Positions 35,540 through 43,116 of a stretch of DNA of 44,895 bases are shown here, one piece after another. This DNA comes from Chloroflexota bacterium (lineage in GTDB: Bacteria; Chloroflexota; Chloroflexia; QHBQ01): NCBI GenBank assembly GCA_043754535.1, contig JAYUUN010000050.1, positions 1 to 44,895 on the forward strand. Reading direction: 5' to 3'. Within the stretch, counting starts at the first letter, position 1. The number at the start of each line of letters is the position of its first letter. The position numbers and the translations under genes were made by a program. The notes under the pieces were generated by a model. That model was not told where the DNA came from and searched no databases. It worked only from the letters and a program-made list of their open reading frames with translations.

Positions 35540-37345
35540 CTAGAGGCGCGCTTCTGCCTCAATCTCTACTTCGCTGTCGTCGCCCATCTCGCGGGTGGCA
35601 AAGGTGTGCAGGTTGTTGTTTGCGCCCCCACGTGGCCCGCCCGCCTCAAGGGTGACTATCGAACCGTCCTCATTGCTCATGTACTCCTGGATAAAGACGG
35701 TGCTGATGTTGCCGTGCAGGTAGGCCGGGTTGCTGAGGATACGCTGGTGCAGTGGAATGATCGTCTTGACTCCGGTGATCACGCACTCGCTGAGGGCGCG
35801 GCGCATCCGCGCTATCGCCTCGTCCCGCGTCTCCCCCCAGGTCATCAGCTTGCCCAACAACGAGTCGTAATGCGGCGGCACAACGTAGCCAGAGTAGAGG
35901 TGCGAGTCCATCCGCACGCCAGGGCCACCGGGTGCGAGATAGAGTTCGACCGTCCCTGCATCGGGGCGGAAGCCGCGGTTGGGGTCTTCAGCGTTGATGC
36001 GACATTCAATCGAATGCCCCCATATTCTAATCCCTTTTTGAGTCAGCGTCAAGGGCTGGCCGCTGGCGATCATGATCTGCCACTTGATCAGGTCGATGCC
36101 AGTGATCATCTCGGTGATGCCATGCTCAACCTGGATGCGTGGGTTGACCTCCAAGAAGTAGAAGTTGCCGCGCCTGTCTACCAGAAACTCGAAGGTACCA
36201 GCATTGCGGTAGCCGATCCCCTTTGCGCCTTTGATCGCCGCCGCACAGATTTTGTCCAGCAACTCCTGTGGCAGGCTGTAGCCAGGGGCTTCTTCCAGCA
36301 CCTTCTGGTGACGACGTTGTAGCGAGCAGTCGCGAGTGCCGAGGTGGACGATGTGGCCGTGATTGTCAGCCAGAATCTGGACCTCGATGTGGCGCGGTTG
36401 GACGATCAGCTTCTCCAGGTAGAGATCAGCGTTGCCGAAGCCCGCCAAAGCCTCGGTGCGGGCAATGCCGAACACCTGGTTTAGCTCGCTCTCATTGCGA
36501 ACCATGCGCGTGCCACGCCCACCGCCGCCCGCCACCGCCTTGAGGACGACTGGGTAGCCAAGCTCTTTAGCTACGGTCAGGGCTTGCTCCTGGCTGTTCA
36601 GCGGCTCGGCATTGCCGGGGATGATCGGCAAGCCCACCTTCTGCATCACCCGGCGGGCAGCGGTCTTATCGCTCATCTGCTCGATCACCTCTGGTGTGGG
36701 GCCAATGAAGGTGATGCCTAGCTGCTGACACACTTCGGCGAGGTAGCTGTTTTCGCTGAGGAAGCCGCTACCAGGATGGATCGCGTCTGCGCCAGTGATC
36801 ACCGCTGCGGTGACGACTGAGGGGATGTTCAGGTAGCTGCGGGCGGCGGCGGCTGGGCCGATGCACACCGCCTCGTCCGCAAAGCGTACCGCCAGCGAGT
36901 CGCGGTCGGCCTCGGAGTAGGCGACGACAGTCCGCACCCCCAGTTCGCGACAGGCTCGCACGATCCGCAGGGCAATTTCGCCCCGATTGGCAACCATTAT
37001 CTTCTTGAACATTATCCTTAATCCTGTGCGCGCATCTGGTTTGTGGTGCAGGACAGAGGCGATCTTGCCCGCGATGCTACCACGTTTGTCGCGCCGCTCG
37101 TCGATCTTCAGTTGGGTGCTGACTCGCAAGGCACCAGCGGCGAAACAAGCCTCGGCCATCTGGTCAATGGCGGCTAGCACCTCCGCCTTCTCGCCCTCGA
37201 TTACCGTCCCCATCGCGTTTAGCTGGTAGCTGAGGTTGGGGAAGCCATCCAGCACGGCCAGGGCGCGGGCGACATAGTAGCTGACGCTGGTTGAGCCGCT
37301 GCCATCCAGCGGGGTGAGACTGACTTCTGCTATCACATGGCCCAT
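35540..37345 (-). CDS. accC: In-frame fusion of an MTH1187/YkoF-like thiamine-binding domain and acetyl-CoA carboxylase biotin carboxylase (AccC part starts at 37012)
   Basis: N-terminal 111 aa: IAEVSLTP..SVSYYVA..YQLNAMGTVIEG..RVSTQLKIDERRDK; then MFKKIMVANRGEIA, GGGGRG, RDCSLQRRHQK; internal AAGGA before ATG 37012. Confidence 0.9.
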   Translation of the reverse strand: MGHVIAEVSLTPLDGSGSTSVSYYVARALAVLDGFPNLSYQLNAMGTVIEGEKAEVLAAIDQMAEACFAAGALRVSTQLKIDERRDKRGSIAGKIASVLHHKPDARTGLRIMFKKIMVANRGEIALRIVRACRELGVRTVVAYSEADRDSLAVRFADEAVCIGPAAAARSYLNIPSVVTAAVITGADAIHPGSGFLSENSYLAEVCQQLGITFIGPTPEVIEQMSDKTAARRVMQKVGLPIIPGNAEPLNSQEQALTVAKELGYPVVLKAVAGGGGRGTRMVRNESELNQVFGIARTEALAGFGNADLYLEKLIVQPRHIEVQILADNHGHIVHLGTRDCSLQRRHQKVLEEAPGYSLPQELLDKICAAAIKGAKGIGYRNAGTFEFLVDRRGNFYFLEVNPRIQVEHGITEMITGIDLIKWQIMIASGQPLTLTQKGIRIWGHSIECRINAEDPNRGFRPDAGTVELYLAPGGPGVRMDSHLYSGYVVPPHYDSLLGKLMTWGETRDEAIARMRRALSECVITGVKTIIPLHQRILSNPAYLHGNISTVFIQEYMSNEDGSIVTLEAGGPRGGANNNLHTFATREMGDDSEVEIEAEARL

Positions 37346-37404
37346 CTACGCCTCCGCTTGGTTGCTGGCTTGCTGCTGTGTGACTATTGTAACACGTTCT
37401 AGCC

Positions 37405-39531
37405 TCAGCCCGCATCCTCGCTGCTGTTGGGGTCGGTGACGGGGTGGCGAGCGCGCTTTAGCTTCTCGGCTGCGCTCTCGGCTGCCTCGCTTGGCGTATC
37501 ACTCGAAGCACTGGCGGGTCTGCGGGTGCGCTTCGGCTTCTCGGCGGGTTCGCTAGCTGGCGGGGCTGCTTCGGCTGCGACAGGGTTGGCAGCGGGTCTC
37601 CGCGTGCGCTTTGGTTTCTCGGTCTCGGCTGGGGTGGATGAAGGCTGGGTAGCCACCAGGCCACCTGGTTCGCCCTCAATCGGAGCGGGCCTGAGGGTGC
37701 GCTTTGGCGTAGCCGGTGCAGCTTCTTCGACGTAGTGGGGGTTGGCTGCACTCAACACTGCTGTGCGGGGGGCTTCGCTCAGGTCGCTACCATCGGGGCG
37801 AGGCTGCTGGTTGGGTGCAGGGCTGGCGGTTGGTGGGGGCATGGCAGGGTTAGTCGAAGCCAGCACTGCATCACTGACTGCTGGGCTGATCGGTTCGCGC
37901 TGCTGATCGCGACGCGGCTGGCGGTTGGGGTCGCGGCGGGGCTGCTGCAACTGCTGGCCCTGCTCGAAGCCTGGATTGGCAGCGTGCAGCACAGCATTAC
38001 TGAGCAGCGGGTTGATCGCCTCAGGCTGCTGCGGTTGATTGCTCTGGTTGGCCCTGTTCTGCGGCTGATTGGTCTGCTGCTCTGGCTGGGCGCGCTGCTC
38101 GTCACGCTGGCGGCGTTGCTCAAGGCGCATCTCGCGGCGGCTGGCGGCAGACTGGCTGCTGTCGTTGTTCGGCAAGTTCATACCCTCCGGTTGGCGGCTC
38201 GGCTGCCCTGGCTGTCCCGGCTGGCGGCCATCACGCTGCGGTGGTCGCTGCTGGTTGTTCTGTTGGTTGTTCTGTTGGTTGCGTAGGCCACCCTGCTGCC
38301 CTGGCTGGTTGCGTAGGCCACCCTGCTGCCCAGGTTGGCGCATCCCAGGCTGCCCCTGCTGCCGCTGACCGTTACCATTACCGTTCAACTGATTGAAGGG
38401 CCGCTGCTGCCCCTGCTGGTTGCGTTGGCCTGGCTGGCCTGGCTGTCGCCGCTGGCCCATCTGCCCAATCTGGTTCTGTGGTTGCTGTGGCTGGCTCTGT
38501 GCTTGCAGCGGCTGGCTTGGGGCTGGGAGGCTCTCCTCCATACGTGGGGCTGGGGTCGCTAGCGGCTCCGGCTCATCAGCGGGGAAGTCGGTGAGCCACT
38601 GGCGGGCGAAGCCGCTGAGGGTGGGGTCACTGTCCCGCGCCCAATCGTACATAGCGCGGGTGATCTGCTGCTCGTCTAGCTTGCGCAGGCCAGTAAGGGC
38701 AGCACGCAAGGCCTTCTGCACCAACTCGGTGCCGTCGCGCCCAATATAGCGCAAGATAGCCAGAGCCTCTGGGAGGCCGTTTGGCATCCGCTCAATCCAG
38801 GTGTGCGCGAGGGTGTAGGCGACCACCCAGCGGGTGAAGGGGCTGCTGTCCCGCGCCCAATCCTTTAGTAGGCGCACCAACTGTGTGGGGCCGGTAGCAG
38901 CGTTGACCCCTAGCACGTCTGGCTTACCCCAGCCCTGTTGCAGGCTGTTGACGACGGCGCGGCGCACGTAGAGGCTGCTATCGTGGCGCGACTCCTCCAG
39001 CAGCACCAGGACGGGCTGGGGGTCGCGGCGGCTGCGGCGAACCAGGGCAAGGGGAACGACGCGGCGTACCTTCTCGTCCGAGTCGTTGGCCCAGCGACGC
39101 ATCAGTTCGATGGTGGCGCGCTGCTGCATGGGGCCAATGATTTCGTCGTAGACGGCTGGCACCTGGTCGCGCACTTCAGCCTCATCGTCCTTCGCCAGCC
39201 GATAGGCGATGGCGGTCACGTTGTCGGGCTGCTCTACGCCCATCTCGCCCATTGCCCAGGCCGCCACCATCCGCACTTCTTTACTCTCGGCCTCAGCGAG
39301 GCGAGCGAGGGCGACCAGGGCGAAGGCGAGGTCGGGCAGTTCATCCAGGAAGTGGCCGACATTGCGGCCCATCGTCTTGATCACACCGGGCAGTTCTGGT
39401 ACTGCGGCGGCGAGGGCGGCTCCAAGTTCTGGCAGCTTTGCGCCAAAATCGCGCAGGCTGGCCCGATGGAGGGTGGCTTGCAGATCATAGGTGACCTGGC
39501 TCAGTTCTTCGCTGACCTGTGACACGGGCAT
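37405..39531 (-). CDS. HEAT/ARM-repeat protein with long Gln/Asn/Pro/Arg-rich disordered C-terminus
   Basis: Repeated LAKDDEAEVR, WANDSDEKVRR, RHDSSLYVRR, WARDSSPFTR motifs; about 390 aa low-complexity tail with QPGQQGGLRN x2 and EKPKRTRRPA repeats. Confidence 0.8.
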   Translation of the reverse strand: MPVSQVSEELSQVTYDLQATLHRASLRDFGAKLPELGAALAAAVPELPGVIKTMGRNVGHFLDELPDLAFALVALARLAEAESKEVRMVAAWAMGEMGVEQPDNVTAIAYRLAKDDEAEVRDQVPAVYDEIIGPMQQRATIELMRRWANDSDEKVRRVVPLALVRRSRRDPQPVLVLLEESRHDSSLYVRRAVVNSLQQGWGKPDVLGVNAATGPTQLVRLLKDWARDSSPFTRWVVAYTLAHTWIERMPNGLPEALAILRYIGRDGTELVQKALRAALTGLRKLDEQQITRAMYDWARDSDPTLSGFARQWLTDFPADEPEPLATPAPRMEESLPAPSQPLQAQSQPQQPQNQIGQMGQRRQPGQPGQRNQQGQQRPFNQLNGNGNGQRQQGQPGMRQPGQQGGLRNQPGQQGGLRNQQNNQQNNQQRPPQRDGRQPGQPGQPSRQPEGMNLPNNDSSQSAASRREMRLEQRRQRDEQRAQPEQQTNQPQNRANQSNQPQQPEAINPLLSNAVLHAANPGFEQGQQLQQPRRDPNRQPRRDQQREPISPAVSDAVLASTNPAMPPPTASPAPNQQPRPDGSDLSEAPRTAVLSAANPHYVEEAAPATPKRTLRPAPIEGEPGGLVATQPSSTPAETEKPKRTRRPAANPVAAEAAPPASEPAEKPKRTRRPASASSDTPSEAAESAAEKLKRARHPVTDPNSSEDAG
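38276..38335. repeat. 30-bp tandem repeat in coding sequence (QPGQQGGLRN x2)
   Basis: GGTTGCGTAGGCCACCCTGCTGCCC occurs twice with 30-bp period. Confidence 0.85.
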
Positions 39532-39749
39532 ACTTCTTTCTCACTATCAACTGCGTCGGATGGACAGGTGGTGGGACAGAGCGTAACAGCAACAAAACAA
39601 CGTAACAACCACGTCAGACTGGCTCTAACCCCAGCAGCGGCTCGCGGGCCATTGCTAGCGCAAGAGTAAGGAGCAGGTGCGCCAGCCCGCTGAAAACCAG
39701 CAGTTGGCGGGCAGGGTGGCTGAACAGCCAGTAGTACAAACCCCAGTAG

Positions 39750-39778
39750 ATGCTATCGCGGAGCGGCGGTCGGTGCAA
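39750..39778 (-). promoter_or_regulatory. Candidate internal promoter for the HEAT protein gene
   Basis: Minus strand TTGCAC, 17 bp, TAGCAT, about 220 nt upstream of the ATG. Confidence 0.4.
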
Positions 39779-39820
39779 GGCTCTTGCTTCGGCGAGCGCA
39801 ACGGTGCAGGGTAGGGCCGC

Positions 39821-40750
39821 TCAAGCCAGCAGTTGCTCGGAGAGCAAGACGTTGGCAGTGGGCTGCGTGGCCCGGATCAGGCCTGCCAGTACCTTGCCAG
39901 GGCCGACCTCGATGTAGTTGTCCACGCCTGCCGCTGCCATGTACTGGACGCTGCGTACCCACTGCACTGGGGAGTAAGTCTGCTTGACCAGTTCGATCCT
40001 GATCTCCTCAGCACGGGTGATCGCGGTTGCGGTTACGTTGGCGATGATTGGGATGCTGGCCTCTTGGGTTGGCACCTCTGCCATGAACAGGGCGAGGTCA
40101 TCGGCCATGCTTACCATCAGCCGCGAGTGGAAGGCTGCGCTGACTGGCAGTGGTATTACCCGCTTCGCCCCCGCTGCCTTTGCTGCTTCGCCCGCCGCTG
40201 CAATCTTGCTCTGCAAGCCGCTGAGGACAGTTTGGGTCGGCGTGTTGAAGTTGGCAATATCCACGCCACAGTCTGTGCTAATCGCCTCCAACTGCTCACG
40301 CTCCAGGCCAATGACTGCCAGCATCGTGCTAGACTCGCCATTCACCTGCCCGACATTCGCCATTAGCCGACCGCGTTCGCGCACCAGCCGTACTGCATCT
40401 ACGAAGGTCAACGACCCTGCCGCCACCAGCGCGCTGTACTCGCCCAAACTATGGCCGCCAACATAAGTCGGTGCCTGCTGGGGCAGCTTACCTTCGTCCT
40501 TCAGAGCGGTCAGGGCGGCGATGCTGGCAACGAGGATGGCGGGCTGGGCATTCTGCGTCTGCTGCAACTCGCCCTCTGGGCCGTTGAAGCAGAGGTCGCT
40601 CAGGTTGAAGCCCAGTGCATCGTCTGCCTGCGCGAAAAGCTGGCGGACTGCTGCTGAACGCTCGTGCAGCACCTTCGCCATACCCACGTATTGCGATCCC
40701 TGACCGGGGAAGACCCAGGCCCACTTGTTGCCCGTCTGTTCGTCGCTCAT
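39821..40750 (-). CDS. fabD: Malonyl-CoA:ACP transacylase
   Basis: FPGQGSQ, AQPAI, GHSLGEY, VSAAFHS, EVGPGKVL. Confidence 0.97.
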   Translation of the reverse strand: MSDEQTGNKWAWVFPGQGSQYVGMAKVLHERSAAVRQLFAQADDALGFNLSDLCFNGPEGELQQTQNAQPAILVASIAALTALKDEGKLPQQAPTYVGGHSLGEYSALVAAGSLTFVDAVRLVRERGRLMANVGQVNGESSTMLAVIGLEREQLEAISTDCGVDIANFNTPTQTVLSGLQSKIAAAGEAAKAAGAKRVIPLPVSAAFHSRLMVSMADDLALFMAEVPTQEASIPIIANVTATAITRAEEIRIELVKQTYSPVQWVRSVQYMAAAGVDNYIEVGPGKVLAGLIRATQPTANVLLSEQLLA

Positions 40751-40784
40751 CTATGCTCCTGCGCGAAGGTAGGTGGCTGCTGTT

Positions 40785-41798
40785 CTAGCGTACTACTGTC
40801 GGGTTCCAGCGTAGCACGAGGCAACCGCTGGTCAGGCCACCGCCGAAGGCACCCATGCAGATGATGCCACCCGGCTTGATCAGCCCCTTCTCTACCGCTT
40901 CAGCCAGGGCAATCGGGATGCTGGCTGCCGAGGTGTTGCCGTAATGCTCGATATTGTGGAAGAACTTCTCTATGGGTAGCTCAAGCTGACGGGCTACCGC
41001 GTCAATGATGCGAATGTTGGCCTGATGCGGCACAAAGAGGTCAACATCGCTGAGGGCCAACCCCGCCCTGTCCAATACCACTCGCACCTCGTTGGACATG
41101 ACGCGCACTGCCAACTCAAACACCTTGTTGCCCTTCATCTTGATGAAGTGCTGGCCCTCGGCCAACGACTCGGCAGAAGGTGGGCGGCGGCTGCCCCCGC
41201 CAGGGATGATGATCATGTCGGCGCAGTTGCCCTGCGAAGCGAGTATGAAGCTGATGATGCCGCTTTCCTGCTTGCTGGCCTGCAACAACACACCGCCTGC
41301 GCCGTCGCCAAAAATTACGCAGGTAGAGCGATCCTGCCAGTCGAGGAAGCGGGTCAACGTCTCTGCTCCAATTACCATTACATTCTTGTATGCGCCACTG
41401 GTAATAAACTGCGTCCCAGTGGTGAGGGCGTAGACGAAGCCAGAGCAGGCGGCGGCCAGGTCGAAGGCGGCAGCCCGGCTTGCACCTATAGCGTCCTGCA
41501 CGAGGCTGGCGGTGGCGGGCAGCGGATAGTCGGGGGTGCAGGTTGCCACGATGATCAGATCGAGTTGCTCGGCAGCGAGGCCACTCTGCTCAAGTAGTTG
41601 GCGGGCAACGTTGATGCAGAAGGTAGAGGTATACTCGCCATCTACAACGGCGTGCCGCTCGCCAATCCCAGTGCGCGTGCGTATCCACTCGTCCGAAGTC
41701 TCCACTACCAGGGAGAGGTCATGGTTGGTTAGCACCTTAGCCGGAACGCTGCTGGCGGTAGCGGTGATCGCCGCGTAGGTGTCGCCTTTGCTCATCAT
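40785..41798 (-). CDS. fabH: 3-oxoacyl-ACP synthase III
   Basis: WIRTRTGI, AACSGF, FGDGAG, PHQAN, YGNTSAAS. Confidence 0.97.
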   Translation of the reverse strand: MMSKGDTYAAITATASSVPAKVLTNHDLSLVVETSDEWIRTRTGIGERHAVVDGEYTSTFCINVARQLLEQSGLAAEQLDLIIVATCTPDYPLPATASLVQDAIGASRAAAFDLAAACSGFVYALTTGTQFITSGAYKNVMVIGAETLTRFLDWQDRSTCVIFGDGAGGVLLQASKQESGIISFILASQGNCADMIIIPGGGSRRPPSAESLAEGQHFIKMKGNKVFELAVRVMSNEVRVVLDRAGLALSDVDLFVPHQANIRIIDAVARQLELPIEKFFHNIEHYGNTSAASIPIALAEAVEKGLIKPGGIICMGAFGGGLTSGCLVLRWNPTVVR

Positions 41799-41900
41799 AG
41801 CACTTTCCTGTTCTCAAGGCAAGGGGCTAAACAAAGAGAGGCTGGGGTAGCAGGTCGCGCCCTGGCTACTCCTCAGCCCCTGCCTGCTAAAGCCGAAGCT

Positions 41901-42104
41901 CTAGCTAGCACTGTTCTTCTTCTTGGTCGGGTCTGGGATTACCTGACGGCCCTTGTACATCCCAGTTGGGCCGACATGGTGGGCCAGCTTGACCATGCCA
42001 GGGGCATCCGGGTCTGCTACGAGCGTGGGGGGGGTCAAGAAGTCGTTGGCTCGCCGTCGGTTCTTGCGTGCGTGCGAGGTTCGCTGTTTAGGATGTGCGC
42101 CCAC
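41901..42104 (-). CDS. rpmF: 50S ribosomal protein L32 (Cys-less form)
   Basis: PKQRTSHARKNRRR...GMYKGRQVI; conserved yceD-rpmF-fabH order. Confidence 0.93.
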   Translation of the reverse strand: MGAHPKQRTSHARKNRRRANDFLTPPTLVADPDAPGMVKLAHHVGPTGMYKGRQVIPDPTKKKNSAS

Positions 42105-42179
42105 TTAAATCTGCTTCCTTTCTCGCCAGCCTTGCGACTGGCCTACCAACCGCCCCACTCAGGGGCAGCTTCGCTAACA

Positions 42180-42208
42180 ATTATACTTGCTTCTGGTGCT
42201 TCCCGCAA
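42180..42208 (-). promoter_or_regulatory. Promoter upstream of rpmF
   Basis: Minus strand TTGCGG, 17 bp, TATAAT. Confidence 0.55.
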
Positions 42209-42232
42209 GCAGGAAGGTTCTGTTTGGCTGGC

Positions 42233-42799
42233 TCAGTTGTTGCCGTTGAGCAGCTTCGCCAGGACTGCCAGGCGGTTGTCCTGGGCTGCCTCTGCTTGTT
42301 CGGCCCCCGCTAGGCCGAGGTTGAGGCGTACACCATCTGGCACTGGCAGGCCAGGGCAGTCGGGGCGGCAAACTGGCATCAGCGGTAGTGCAAGCAGGAA
42401 GACCTGACGTAGCAGTTCGCTCAGGTCAAGCAGGTGGTTCTGGTCGATCCACAGCGCATCGGCTTCTTCTTCGCCATTGGCTGCCTCCTCGTCGAACCCC
42501 ACCTTGCCACCGCTAGCCAGGTCTACCTTCAAGCGGTAGCGATCCTCAAAACTGATCGCTAGCGGGCTGCTGTAGCTGTCCAGGCAGCGTCCGCATTGCA
42601 GCGGCACGTCATCCAATGCTGCTCTGCCGACTGTCAGTATGCTCTTGTTCAACCTGGTCAGGCGCACGTGGCCGCGCAGGTTGCGACCTGCTACTCCCAC
42701 GCTCAACTCCAGGCTGGGTGCGGCAAAGTCGTAGTCGCGGTGGGTGCCTACCGTCTCCTTGAGCAACTGGGCGACGTTGAAAATCTGGTCTGTTTCCAT
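42233..42799 (-). CDS. yceD: YceD/DUF177 family protein
   Basis: FNVAQLLK, CGRCL, LDLSELLRQ..LLALP..PVCRPDCPGL, RLAVLAKL. Confidence 0.92.
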   Translation of the reverse strand: METDQIFNVAQLLKETVGTHRDYDFAAPSLELSVGVAGRNLRGHVRLTRLNKSILTVGRAALDDVPLQCGRCLDSYSSPLAISFEDRYRLKVDLASGGKVGFDEEAANGEEEADALWIDQNHLLDLSELLRQVFLLALPLMPVCRPDCPGLPVPDGVRLNLGLAGAEQAEAAQDNRLAVLAKLLNGNN

Positions 42800-42838
42800 G
42801 TCTGTTTCGCCTGTTTAGCCTATGAATTAGGCCGTCTA

Positions 42839-42868
42839 ATTGTACGTCAAATCAAGGGCTAATGTCAA
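42839..42868 (-). promoter_or_regulatory. Promoter upstream of yceD
   Basis: Minus strand TTGACA, 18 bp, TACAAT. Confidence 0.65.
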
Positions 42869-42956
42869 GCACAAACTGGGCCATAGGAGGCTAGGGCTGG
42901 GGCGGGAGAGTAGTGCTGAACCAACCTGCAAGCCAACTGGCTGCTGCCACCAGGCT

Positions 42957-43116
42957 GCGCGAGAGGCGGCGGGGTGGGGGGCCACGGTTGCGCCTCTCGC
43001 GCTGGCAAATAGACCCAAATTGGTCGGTGCAGGGTGTTGACAATGGCGAAAAGTGTGCTATAATAAGATTGTTGTGGTCGCCTCTCGCAAATCGTGCCTA
43101 AACCCACGTAGTAGGC
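42957..43116 (+). promoter_or_regulatory. CRISPR leader with promoter and inverted/direct repeat motifs
   Basis: TTGACA to TGCTATAAT at about 43037-43064; GCGCGAGAGGCG (42957) / CGCCTCTCGCGC (42991) inverted repeat; third CGCCTCTCGC at 43079. Confidence 0.75.

Noticed and set aside
42968..42977. GGCGGGGTGG matches the reverse complement of the repeat, a possible tracrRNA anti-repeat
   Set aside because: Only 10 nt in GC-rich sequence, upstream of the leader promoter, and no class 2 effector is present
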